In this document: positions 25,929-39,700 of the stretch, in pieces
Numbering within the stretch: the stretch's first letter is position 1
Layout: each line of letters opens with the position of its first letter
Source of the DNA: Mytilus edulis
Taxonomy: Eukaryota
Assembly: GCF_963676685.1 (NCBI RefSeq)
Contig: NC_092345.1
Coordinates: forward strand, 38,378,001-38,442,000
Reading direction: 5' to 3'
Length of the DNA: 64,000 bases
Notes under the pieces: generated by a model
What the model was told of the DNA's origin: nothing
The model's database searches: none
Seen by the model: only the letters and a program-made list of their open reading frames with translations
Made by a program: the position numbers and the translations under genes

Positions 25929-27349
25929 AAAAACGTAAAGCTTCTTGTTATATATAAATAAATTATTTAAATAATGTACCTCGTTTCGTTTGATATAGAT
26001 CCAGTAGAGGATACATTTTGTCGATTTTGTAGTTCACAGCCAGAATGTGGAAAGTAAACTACAAATTCTTATGAATCACAAGCTATGAATGTTCTTTTGT
26101 AGTTTTTTTTTATTTTAACATATTTTTAAACAATAAAAGTACATGTGTCGTTGGTCATCATTGCGTTTCGATTTTTATTATTATCTGAAATTAGGACGTT
26201 AGTTTTCTCGGTTTTACAATTTGATACATCTTAAATCTTTTGTACAAATGTAGTAGCTTTGCGTTTTGGGTTTTGCTCATTGGTGAACCTCATACAGGGA
26301 CCTATATTAAGTTAGTAAATTATTTGTTATTTTGGCCTTGTGTTGGTTATTAGTCTCATTGCTAATTATACATCATCTATTATTCTTGTCGTGTTTAGAT
26401 ATTTGAAACTCAATACAATGCAGTTATTTTATATACAGTTAAATAAAAAATGCACAACTCCCGCGGAAAATTCAAAACGGAAATTCTATAGTCAAATGAC
26501 AAAATAAACACTCTTATACATAAAACGAATGCAGGGATAACAACTGTCATATACCTGACTTGGTTACTTACAGGGATTTTCTTATGTAGAAAATGGTGGA
26601 TTAAACCTTGTTTTATAGCTACATGTAGATTAACATCTCACTTGTATGACAGTCGCATTAAAATTCCATTATATTGACAACTATGAGTGAAAAAAACCAG
26701 ACAAACGTTGACCTAAAGCTGCTAATTTCTGTGTCATTTGGTCTCTTGTGGAGAGTTGTCTCTTTGGCAATAAAACGCGTACGACATCTTCTTTTTTTTA
26801 TATATAAAAGGTAAAAATGTCAAACATAGGGGTAAAGCAGTCAACGTTGTTTTATAATCTTATTCGCTATAAAACTAACAAATATGTAACAAAGAAACAT
26901 AAAAAAGGCATGTAGACAAAGCATATTAGCAAAAATGAAAGACAAGAATATGACAAAAAAAGCACAATAACACAATAACACAATGACGGGGTGTACAAGT
27001 GCAGAGCCACGTAATATGTAACAAAGTAGCACAAAAAGGCTGTTCGTTGTGAGCCAATGCTCCATGTTGAAGGCCGTATTTTGACCATCATGGTTTACTT
27101 TTATAAATTGTTACTTGTCTCATTGGCACCTGTACCACATCTTCCTATATCTATATAGACAAAGCACATTAGCAAAAATGAAAGAAAAGAATACAATATT
27201 TTTCCATAGAACAATAGCACAATGACGGGGTGTATAAGTACTGTACAGAGCCACGTCAAATGAATATCACCAAAACAAACTAAACAGTAAAAGTTATATT
27301 CATAAATTACAAACAAAAGAATATTATAACACGTTATAACCAAGAATCT

Positions 27350-28350
27350 ATACTTCTATTATTTGTGAAGTTGATACGTGGAATAATTATCAACCGGGTC
27401 TTGGTACCTTCCGTTGAACCTTTTTAGAAGGACGAGACGTTCTTTGACATATTCCTGGTTCATCAACTTTTAACTCAGACACTGGTGACCTTTTGCAAAG
27501 TTTGAGTAGCAGCTGCAAGCTATTGAATAATGAATAAGTTGGGGCATATATTATATCTCATATGCAGGTGAAGTTGGTATATTGGTTCTAAGGTGGGAGA
27601 AATTGATAACTTCAAAATTAAAATCGTCACGTTTATTGTAGATTCTGAAACTGCGATTATACCTTGTATGTCAAATTCGAGGACAATGTATGCGTCTAAA
27701 AATAAGGCAGAAGAAGTCGTGTCTGTTGTTTTTATTTTATTTTCTCGTAATGGGGAATATAATAGTGGAATCACATTAGAAAAGTTTGGATTTATTATAT
27801 TATTTAAAAGAACATTATCAGTATACAAGGTATCTGAATGTGAAACTGAATGATCTGGCTTCTTTGGTCTTTGTTTTTGATAAGTTTCGGATGGAACTCC
27901 GACTTTTATGAAAATAAAAAGAGGTCGACATTGAGAGGCGCACTTAGGAATACCGAAGATTTGTTGAAAAAGTCTTCCTCCAAATTCAACAAATATTTTG
28001 TTAATAAGAAACTCATGCATACTGATCACTTGTTCCTCTGTGTAGCATGTTTTACTGTTTTGTTCACTATTAACAAAACATGCAGTATAATATTCCAAAG
28101 ATATGATTTTATAGCGTATGCTACCATTGAAAAGCATGGTGGATTATTTCTTTTAGACCATTTTTTCAATTTCACATGTGGAATGGTTGAAAAATCAAAA
28201 GTTTTGATAGGACTTATTTCAGAAAAAGATCGAGATTTGAAATTATCATGAAGTTTTATTTAGAGTTTTTTTAGAATCTACATATGGAAGATACCACTAC
28301 GCGAGTAAACAGTTTCACAGTATTTCTGAAAACTCTCTTTTACTGTAGAC
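27350..28350 (-). mobile_element. Degenerate Penelope-like RT relic
   Basis: ORF 27520-28137 contains EFLINKIFVEFGGRLFQQIFGIP and TTDTTSSALFLD, typical of PLE RT; frameshifted. Confidence 0.75.
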
Positions 28351-28560
28351 AGAATTTTTGGTCAATGTAAAGGACAATTCTTTTGTAGAACATGCAGACG
28401 AGCCGGCTATGTACCGATGTTTGTACAGAATTTTGTGGAGCTTACGAATCCCTTATAAACAACATAAGGCCTCCGATTTCCTGTAATATTAAATTATATA
28501 TTTCAGGGTGTCAATATTCTGTCTGTAAGAACATCGATAAATATTCATGTCTTTTATATA

Positions 28561-30396
28561 TGTTGTGTTCATTTTATTATTTTGTACAGGTTATTACTTG
28601 TACAAAAACGTACATACGAGTAATTACTTACTTGTATGATGCCATCATACAAGTTATATCTTGTACAAATATAATTGTACTAGTAATTACTTGTACATTT
28701 TTTGTTGAGAAAAAGATAATAACTTGTACAACACATCATCTTTGAAAAAAATTGAAAACAACACGTTAAATAATTTTATGCGTCTGAAGCGCTTTTCTGG
28801 ATTTACCTTTATCAGGAACGCTCAAAGCCAAACATAAGAAACATAAGATGTATAAGTACCGAAACCGTTGAAGAGCTATATGACAAAAATACCTAAAATA
28901 AATAGCCAAATGCATCTAAAGTCAACTTTGCTTGAAGGAGTTGAAACCTTAGTTTATTATAATTTCAAAATTTATAAACGGACAATTTTAGTAAAGTTTG
29001 TTAAGTCATGTCAGTACCGAAGTACTGACTACTGAGCTGATGATACCCTTAGTGACTGATAGTCCACCAGCAGAGGTATATTGAGTTATGTTTGTTTCTT
29101 CTTTTGCTTTAATGTTTTATCAATACCTTTGCATAGTAGATATGATACAGTACATGTATTTTCGAAATGGTAGAAGATTACAGACAAACGATGGACGCAA
29201 AATAACAACATATTAAGATAACATGACACCTTGAGAAAATTCAGCTAAACAGCTTGTTGCCACTTAAGTACTGGTGCAAAGTGACAAAGTTGTTAAAAGC
29301 AAATAATAAATAAAACCTCTCTACCATTCATTTTCAAATATAAATCATGATAAAAAGATGCATATGTTATATCATATATTGGAAACAAAAGTAAAGCCTG
29401 ATAGATCAAATAACCTATTTATTTGCACAAGATAAGTAAGCATGACAGCTGGAATTACACGGTAAGCTTTTACATGTGTCTGTCATACAGCCACCCTGAT
29501 AACGGCAGTGAATATTCCCTTCGTTGTACTGCGTTCATGACGTTAACCTCAATGTTGTACATGTGTATGTCCAACATTGTCAAATCTTTTCTCTGAATCT
29601 TTTCGATTTGATTTTGACTCATTAAACCAATCATGATTTCAACTTTTGTTCCTATTTTATATCCATTTTTGTCATTATTCAGCACAACTTCTTTGATGTT
29701 TCTACAGTCCATCGGACATCGGTCTACTCTTTGCACTTGTATTAAAGCATTGTCTCCAATTTCTAAATCTTTTAATCATTTTTTGGAATGTACTGTTCTA
29801 ATCAAAGGGTAAAGTTCATCAACTGTACAATAATTTAATAATTTCCTCCACTTTGTGAATGAATTTATCAATTTCTGCTGCATTCAAAACACCATTGTAA
29901 AAAATCTTTTTGAAGTGCTGAATTTAGCTTCCTTTACATTACTTACTTTCCCTCTGTATCTTACCCATGTGAATACCAAATTGTTAGAAGGTTTATTGTC
30001 ATGCCACAAGTTAATGATTTCATCATAGTTTATTTTTTTCTTCACTGTTTTGCATTTTTACACCTTAGTTTGGACTTTTTTTTTAATTTTGCTCATATAT
30101 TTGATATACAAAAAGTACACATAAATTGAAAGTTTATACCTTTAGGTCTAAGTCATGATTTTTTTGTATTATTTGTTTACAGGGAAACGATTTGTTGAGA
30201 ACACCAATCAGGCCAAGGTAGAATAATGATTTGTACAAGTTATTATCTTTTTCTCAGTAAAAATTTTACTAGTAATTACTTGTACAATTGTTTTTGTACA
30301 GGTTATAACTTGTATGATGGCCTCATACAAGTTATTACTTGTATTAAATGTTTGTACAAGTAATAACCTGTACAAAAAAATAACATGTACACGACA
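28561..30396 (-). mobile_element. Ginger-like (KRBA2-type integrase) DNA transposon relic
   Basis: TGT...ACA termini, TATA on both flanks (28557-60, 30397-400), and about 180-bp TIRs. Internal VDRCPMDCRNIKEVV...YKIGTK...QNQI (29470-29736) resembles the C-terminus of KRBA2/Ginger2 integrases. Confidence 0.7.
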
Positions 30397-30777
30397 TATA
30401 GATTAGACCGTTGGTTTTCCCGTTTGAATGGTTTTACACTTAGTCTAGTTATTTTGGAGCCTTTTATAGCTTGCTGTTCGGTGTAAGCCACGGCTCCGTG
30501 TTCAAGTCCGTACCTTGACCTATAATGGTTTACTTTTATAAATTGTTACTTGGATAGAGAGTTGACTCATTGGCACTCATACCACATCTTCCTATTTATC
30601 TCTTTATTGAATTTTCTTATTAATAACTGTATAAGTTTTTATCATGCATGATATATAAATAATAAAGATTGATAGTGAATACCCTACTTACTTAAGATAC
30701 CGGTGTGAGTTTAGATATCACAATATGTACATTAAATACAAAACTACAGATAATGAACCCATATCTGTAATATAAAG

Positions 30778-33700
30778 ATGGCTACCACTATTTCGTTTAT
30801 AATATCATTCTGTGTTATTATAACAATACTTCATACTCAGGTAAATATAGAGGTGCTATATATATGTATGTACATATGTAGATTTTTGAATAACTGATTG
30901 TTTTTTAAATTGGTAAAAACTATGCTACTTCTTGAACACGGTGATTGTGCATACTGAACAATGCGTACTCAAATTAACTGCATTTATATTTATTTTTTGT
31001 TTTAGGTTTTTACAGTGAATAGTGGACCACCTTATGTGCGTTTTGTCCATGTATTATTTATGAATCATTTAGGTATGTATAAATATAATACACTAGAGTA
31101 AGTTCGATAAAAGAGATCTTCAACAAAATCACTATAAAACAGGCTACGCTTCTATAACCGGCGATATTACATAGATAAGTATCACTTGAAAATTACAACT
31201 GAACATTGGCATGATTATAAATGTAACAATCCAAAAATAATTACAGTTCACAGATTGATCGGAACATCACCAAAAGAGCACACAAATTGAATGACAATAA
31301 TATGAATGTATGCTGGATTATTTAATGAATGGCTATTATTTATTTTGAATTTATTGAAACATAAAACTAATTTTTGACTCTTCACATTGAATAATCCGCG
31401 AAGCGGATTATGTAAAATGTGAAGAGTCAAAAATTAGTTTTATGGTTCAATAAAAAATCAAAATAAATTATTGCCATTCATTATAAATAAATTTCTATTA
31501 AAAATAAGGCTCAAAGAACTTTTTATATTAATTATATTAAAACAATAACAACGTACACACAAGTTGGCGTATGTCAGAGTGGGCGTGTCGCCATAAAAAT
31601 TGACAACATTGAAAATAAAACTAATAATTTTAACCAATCAGAAGACAGTAAATACACCAAATTTATTTATTATTCACGTACATGTATCAGGATGTTTAAC
31701 ATGTTAATAATGCATTTGAACCCTACCTAATACTTGACTGACACGCTGTGTCGGTTTGTTTCACGTGCTTGTTTCCAAAGTAACATTGTTCTGACTCCGA
31801 GTCAATCGTCCTTGTTTGTAGTAATCTACTGTGGTGTTATTATGACTCATGCTATGCACACGACTATCATTAAAAACCGATTTTTGGAACAGGCCCCAAA
31901 AAGATATGTTCCCTTTTCTGGCACAAAATACCTAGTATACCTACCAAAGAAGCAGTGACTAACTGATCGAATAAATCTGTTACAGATGTTGGATACAATG
32001 GCATTCCACAGACAGGATTTATCAACAATATATTGAATACCTATTTCCATGAATACTTTCCTCGTGCTGTGAACCTGTCACGAGAACTGAGAGATAAACA
32101 ATACCAGGAAAGGTTTATATATACAACACACCCTTGGCTAGTTAGTTTGTATGTAGATTGTCCACAAGGCTTCATATTAAATAATATTACATTAAAGGTA
32201 GGCTTGCAGTATTTTAGCTTAGTTAATGTTAAATATTGAAACATGTTTTAATGTGTCACAACTCTAACTTATCAATAATTTATTGAATGAGGAGACTTGC
32301 TTTTATGAGTCGCTTTTGACTGTAGCATGACCTCTAACACACATCGGATGGTTTATAATAATTCTGATTTTGATATTGTGGATAAGAAATGTCTTTTACG
32401 TCACCTGATTCGGATTTATGACATAAGTTAGTGTAATTTTTATGATATAAGATTTGCATATAAACCAACAATCTATACAAAAACGCATGACAACACACGG
32501 TCTGAATAAGAGAAACACATGTATAACAGCAATGCACCTCGACGTTCTTAAATGGAAATAAAATTGGGTCCATACTAACGCTATATATTAAAAAAAACAA
32601 ATCCCATGTTCTTATCATTTGGGAAACGAACTATGGCTTATGAATTATTTGACCATTTAGTTCGTGTCTTCTAGTATCTCGATATTTATAATATCCACCA
32701 TTTTACGTTCATATGTTAAAATAAAAATCTGTGATATCAACACGTTGGCAGATGTATCATGTATGAATTATGACTATCACAGACCAAATGAAGTAGACGT
32801 TAGCCTCTATAGGTCACTTTTATTTATTCGCATTAATAATTGTTAATGAAGCCTTATAATGGACGAAGTAGATATTTAGCTATTCAATTGAGCGTCAGCA
32901 ACCCTGAAACAGATCAACCAATTTAACAAAGAAAAAAAAGTACGAGATGACGCCTGTGACCATGATTATCAAAAAACGCGTAACGTTAGCTTTAGTTAGC
33001 TTTAGATTACTGTGTATTAATAGTCGGTATGATTTTTTAGTGTCCATCTGATCAGGACCTAAAAGCATTCAAAGAAGCTGTTACCATATATGGGGATATA
33101 ACATGGCATGCTGGACCAATGAACATGCAGATGGAGAATATGAATGAAATTTTATTAGGACTAAGTTTAAACATTAGTAGTGATTTGGATGAAATGTTTA
33201 ATTTAACACGAAAATATAGGACGCTAAGTCAACGAGATGTTCCAGGTGAAAATAGACTTTAGCAAAGTCAGCTTTTGATTTTAAAATAAAAAAAAAAATA
33301 ATAAGCTTAACTTTCTTCTGACTGACCCTGTAACTATTTCGTTTGGCCTTTTTAATATTCGCTTATGACTGTTATTTCAGATATCCATATGTATTTTGCT
33401 TCTTTATGTTGCTTATTTTATATTTATTTAAATGTTATTGAGTGTTAAACTTCTATATTTTTTGTAAGCAAAAACTTACTTTGTATAATTTATCGTTAAG
33501 GTATGACACAAGCAATTATACCTACATTGGTCAAGAAAGGAATACAAGCCGTCTCCGTTGGTGTGAACCCTGGAACCAGTCCCCCAGCAGTACCAAATCT
33601 TTTCAGGTGGCAGTTTGAAGAGAAAGAAGTACTAGGAACATGGCATGCAGGTGCGATATCTATTATACCTAATACCAGTTTAACAGATTTTCTTTTTCAA

Positions 33701-36700
33701 ATACTAGACTACACTATGAAAATTTTAAAGAAATAGTGACGTAAGTATGAACAACAATGAAAATGAAGAAAAATCATTATGATTAAAATCTTGCTATAAA
33801 TCTTAACAGTCATTGCATTGGCTTGTCTCTGTTTTACGATGTCTCTGGTTTACGATGTAATCTGTAAAATAGGTTATACCATTGTCGTTTCAAGACTCCT
33901 CTATCATTTCCTTGTAAATGTATGCTCACTAGTTAAATGATCGCTGTAATGTCTTCTCTTATCTTTTATTTAGATATAATATGTTCGCTTGATACTAGGG
34001 GTAACGCTATTAGTTTAATCATGATTGGTAATTACTGACATTATATTAGGAGGATATCCACTAAACCCTGGTCCAGATCCTGCTCATCCTGGAGGACTCT
34101 CACGAAAAGATTGTGTGGTAGTTGAGAATGTTACAGAGGCTTTGTGTTTCGCCTTCAGAACAGACAATAGTGGCCCCCCTGAAAATATTGAAGTACGTTA
34201 TTTATCAAATGATCGTGTAAATATAGATCTGTTCCCTTTCATATTACTTTTTATCCAAATACAAATATATCTGTTCGTATGCATTTTGTCAAAAGCGAGA
34301 ACAAAATAATAAAACAGCTATCGTACTAGAAATTAGTGCTTGGATGGGAAAATATGTTAATCCCCTCATTTTATATAAGTTTATGAGTACGACCAGTTGC
34401 TTATAATAACAATTATAGATTGATCTTATTGCTGATGTACTGTTAATCATTATCTTGCATTGATGAATGCGTGTATATATATATATATATATATAAGTAC
34501 GTCTGAGTCAGTGACAACCCTACAACAGATGTATCCATCGGATCGCCATCAATGATGGTGATACATGGCTGTATATATATATATATAATTTAGTTGATAA
34601 AAGTTTCATATACTTCAGGCAAAGAAAGATTAATAGATTAATCTCACAGAATATTTGTGTTTCAATTAAAAAGTAGCCTCAGAAAAAAAGTGCTGCTGGT
34701 ATCATTGGTATATAAAATGGAACTTACGCTTAAGATAATGTGAGTTTTTTTTAAAGAAAGTCATTGTTATTTACGATAAAGCAAAGTGAAAACAAATTAA
34801 CTTTATTTTCAGGAAATCTTGAACTACTACGAAATACTACGTTTACAGTTTCCTGGTGCTGAAATTGATGCTTCAACATTTGAAGATTATATTGAAGCAA
34901 TACAACCAATCAAGAATCAACTACCAGTTTTGACACAAGAAATTGGAGATACTTGGATTCAAGGAATCTCTTCAGATCCCTATAAGCTTACTTTCCAAAG
35001 AGCGTTTCAAACAGGACTTGAACTTTGTTTTCATTCAAGTAATATTATGATTTTAAATTTTATGTAAAATTAAATTAAATATAAAAGATAGTAACAAAAA
35101 AGAAAAATAAGAAAGCTGGCTGAAAGAGAACAATCAACTCTATAATAAATTATGCGTAGGAAATATCGCCATTCTACCAGATAAAGAGAACAAGTAATTA
35201 TTTAACCTTTGGAATATCAATGTATGGTGATATGATGTCATATCTTAAATCAACGTTTCACCACACCATAAAGAGCAATTTCAGTACTTTTAACTACGGG
35301 AAATACCCTTAACGGTTTAAAGGCTACATATTTTATTATGAGCTTGTGACGTAATGTGTTTTTCTTACTGTTTGATTTTTTTTCTTTAAAGATGAATGTA
35401 ATTATACAGACCCTAGGATAAAAGATGCAGTTAGGTTTCTTGTCAAAGTACCCGAGCATACATGGGGTCTTCCAAGTGTTAGAGACAACATTAACTGGAC
35501 AAATGTTGCGTTTCAGAAAGCATTGACAGGTAGCTGATAACGTCAATGTTTGGTTTCATTGACATTTCAAAATTATCATTGTTAGTTCACTTTATTTTAT
35601 TATAACAGAGGATAACCATTATTAAAGTTTAACGGAAAAGATCAACCCTATGAACGATCATAAACTAGCAGGTCCTCGGAACTCACGGTGTTCATTTTTG
35701 AAAGACAGTGACTTCCTTACTGTTTATGTTTCTACAACTATATTTTTTTAACTGGTCCTTGAATGACAAACAATGGCTATGTTTTAAGAGCACATAACGA
35801 GACGTAAAATGTATTCTAAGAGACGACACTTAGAAAACATAAAAGCAGCCTCTAACTAGTGATTATTTAAAACGATTTTTTACCGGGTTCCACAACTCAA
35901 ACAGTCCTAGTTTACCAAAAAATGTACGTAAAAGATGCAGTTTAATAATTGTCCCTTTCGCGCCAAACCTTCTGTTAGACATTAACATTTCCAGTAAAAC
36001 ACACGAAGTAGTATAAAACAGTGCAGACTCGGTTTGCGAATACTGTTTCCCTGCAACCTGTATAATAATTTTGTATACTAGTATTCTCTATTGATAATTT
36101 TTTATAAGTTGTAATCTTCCATATTTCAACAGAAAATACTACTTGAATTTAGAAATCAAGCATTTAGCAGACGATATTTGTTTATTAAAAGATTTGAGCC
36201 CATAAAAATACAGTAGCTCTACAAAGTGTTTTGGAAATCGAGACAATTTCGGACTGATGTTCGACTATCGTTTACATGCAACATATCTTCACGTAGTTTT
36301 CATACCCTTTCGACCACACAACAGTCGTAAAAGCATTTATAGTTTTATTATGAGGGAAACTGTATTGCTCCCTATTTTGCCATGGTCTTTTTTATTTGAG
36401 TGTCACTGAAGAATCTTTTGTGAACGAAATAACGACAACTAAAAGAAAGTAATATGAATACTAAAAAGTAAATATATTTTGACATGTTTCTCGTTAATTA
36501 TGTTTAAGGTTCAAACTACAGAAATTGTGTAATGGCATGGCAAGAACAGCGAGAAATCTTACACGTGGCATTAGATAAATTAGGCAACCATCCACTTGCC
36601 GATATTGTAGAATATCTATTGTCCGAAACTAATCCAGTAGACCCTGATGTTGGCGGTAAGAAAGCTTATACAAAACAAATACACGATTTAGATGATTGTA

Positions 36701-39700
36701 AATGCAAAATGCCATTGTGTGCAGAAAATTAAAATGCAGTTTGATGTTGTATAACATTCTACCCACTTATTTGAGTCAAGACTGCTGTTGGTACTTGTAT
36801 CGTAGTCACCGTTATGAGCCTTCTAACAAATATGTGCTGTTGATAAAATTTATATTCCTATTCGATCGCAAATGACAAATAATCGGTCTAGATTTTATTT
36901 GTTTAAATCGCATTTCAAATAATTAGGCCTCTTCCATAACGAGCACCTAGTGCAGTAAAATTAGTACAGTTAACGTACAACATGCATATTGCTGGATCTG
37001 CCGTGATCTTCGAAAAACTTTTTCCAAAAACATCTATATAAATTTTCATCACCAATCAAAACATGGCTTCAGAGTACTCGTGGTGATACGATGTTGGTAC
37101 TAAAAAAAATGTATGTTATAATACTTTCAATCCAAGCCCCTACAATAGTATAAAATATTTGACCTCTCTTATGTTTACTCCAGTATTCTTCTTTCTAAAC
37201 TAAATGCCAGATTGAAAGAATGCGTTTAATATTTTATCTGACACTGACATCATCACGATATCTCAATGAATTTGAAATACAGGATACCACGTTTACAGTT
37301 AAGTCTGCTACATATGTTGACTAACATAACGAAACTGACAACGATGGTCGATTAAAAACTTATTTTTACGACATAATGTGACTCCAATTTTGCTATTGAT
37401 AACTCACCATAATTAGTGTATAATTAACACTGAAGCCGCACCTGAATATGAAAAATCTATTTCACAGTTGATTCGATATTCCAGGCCTTATGTTTCGTGT
37501 CATGATTTTCTTGAAATAGAGTTTCATAATCTGCTAAAAAGGAAACCGTTGCATTCCAAATTGTAAAGTTTTAAAAGCATTCATTCGAAAGTTTCAAAAA
37601 TGCAATCAGATAAGGAATATATGTTTCATAGATGATTATGAATATTTTCCACTTTATAATTTGTAACGATGCCACGAGCATCACTGAAGAGACATGTATT
37701 GTCGAAATGCGCATCTGGTGCAAGAAAATTGATACCGTTAATTTTATTGTACATGCAATGAGTATTACGACGGATGGCAATAACGAGACAGGAACTGTTT
37801 ACTTATTGTGAGGGGGGGGGGGGGTCTATGTGGGTTTCGTGTAGTATTTTTTAATTGTTGTTCGTCTTTTCATTGTTTTCTTTTTTGCGATAGGTGATGT
37901 TTGTTTTTACTAGATTGATGTTGTTTGGTTGACGTGAAACCTTTTGTCTGTCTTCATCTACAGCTAGTAGCTTGTAAAAGAACTCTTTCTATAATGTAGC
38001 ACGACTTTTGAGTACTAAAATTTATTGGAAAGTTGAATCATAAAGAACGTTATCAAGCCAAGTATATTTTACTGTTATTACTTAGTTTTATGAAATAAAC
38101 ATGCTTTTGAAGTATCATGTGTTTTATTTGTTCACAAATCATTTTAATTGGTCTAGAACGTTAAAATTTAACTACATAACACTATTTCGATTATCAACTG
38201 GGACGATTATAGTATAATAGTCCAAGTTATCAGTGACAATTTAGTTCAAGACATTAAAAGAATATACCTACATTTCAAAATTTTATTAAAAGTGCACATT
38301 GTATGCCCAAAAGGACGACAAGAAGCTCGTATCCTATTAATTAAAGTTGAGTGTAAAGATCTAAAGAATGAACCAAAATGAAACTAAATGAAAATAGCAA
38401 CGCAAAAAAATATATTTTGAAAATAGGACACGCTAAATGTATTTCATTTTCCATTACAACTTTATCCTAAAATATTTTACAGAATACCAAATTCAAAACA
38501 TCACTTCGATTTTAAGCAGAGACTTTGAATGTGAACAGGGAATGAAGATAGGCTTCAATGGTGATGGATCTTTAAGAACTTTGTATGATCCTTTTAACAA
38601 AGTATGTATTACATATATCATATATCAGTGTGCAAGTAGAAAAACATATTTCAGGTCACAACACTAATTCATTTTTGTGTTAAACATCATAAACATTTAG
38701 CTTCTATTATAGTAGGTATCACAACATTTAAAGCTAAAGCTAACCGAAAGACGTTAATACTTTACCAGTTTGGCCTATCTTACTCAAAACACTTATCATA
38801 GAAAATAAAAGTGTAAAGTATGTAATCGTTTATATCATACGGACGAGTTAGGCTAAATACCAGTAGTTGAACTGATGTTTTGTTTCTAAATTTTAAACTT
38901 TACGCCATTTTTATGTGTGCGACAGTTGAAAAAAAGAGTACAAAATTAATTTATAAACCGAACTCCCCCCAAAAAAGCACAAATATGGAAGCACTGAGAA
39001 GTAAAATACACATTCTGAGATTTTAAAACCTAAAATAACACACTGACTGAAATCAAAATTACACACATAGAGATTAAAAAACCCCGAAGAACACACACAC
39101 AGAATTTTAGATTACACACTGAGATTTTTAATAGACATACTAAGATAAATGTATATGGAAAGCCACAGTGAACTCCCCGATTATCATTATTTGTTTCCTG
39201 TAGAAATACATGGAAACAAATAATCTTCGGCTTTTAGAAATTCACGACCTCGTCGATTTTTATCAATTATAAAATCTTCGGCTTTTAAAATAAAGACCCC
39301 GCCGATTATTTTCAATAATAAAATCTTCGGCTTTTAATAATCACGACCCGCCGATTATTCGAAAACCGAAACCATAAAATAATCTGCATAAGTTATTTAA
39401 TGATATTGTTTAAAATTGAGAATGGAAATTGGGAATGAGTCAAATAGACAATAATCCGACCAAAGAGCATTAAACAGCCGAAAGCATGCACCAAAAGGTC
39501 TTCAATACAGAGAAAAAGAAAAAATCCCGCACCCGAGGTGTTTCAGAAAATGTGTACTAGTTCAGTGATCATGGACCTCATACTAAACTCCGAATTAAAT
39601 CTTAAATTTAAATGAACTAAATTAAAAATCATCGAGACTAGTAACAAAGGCCGGACGCTTCTGGCTTGGAACAGGTTACTAAAATACGGCGAGGTTAAAA

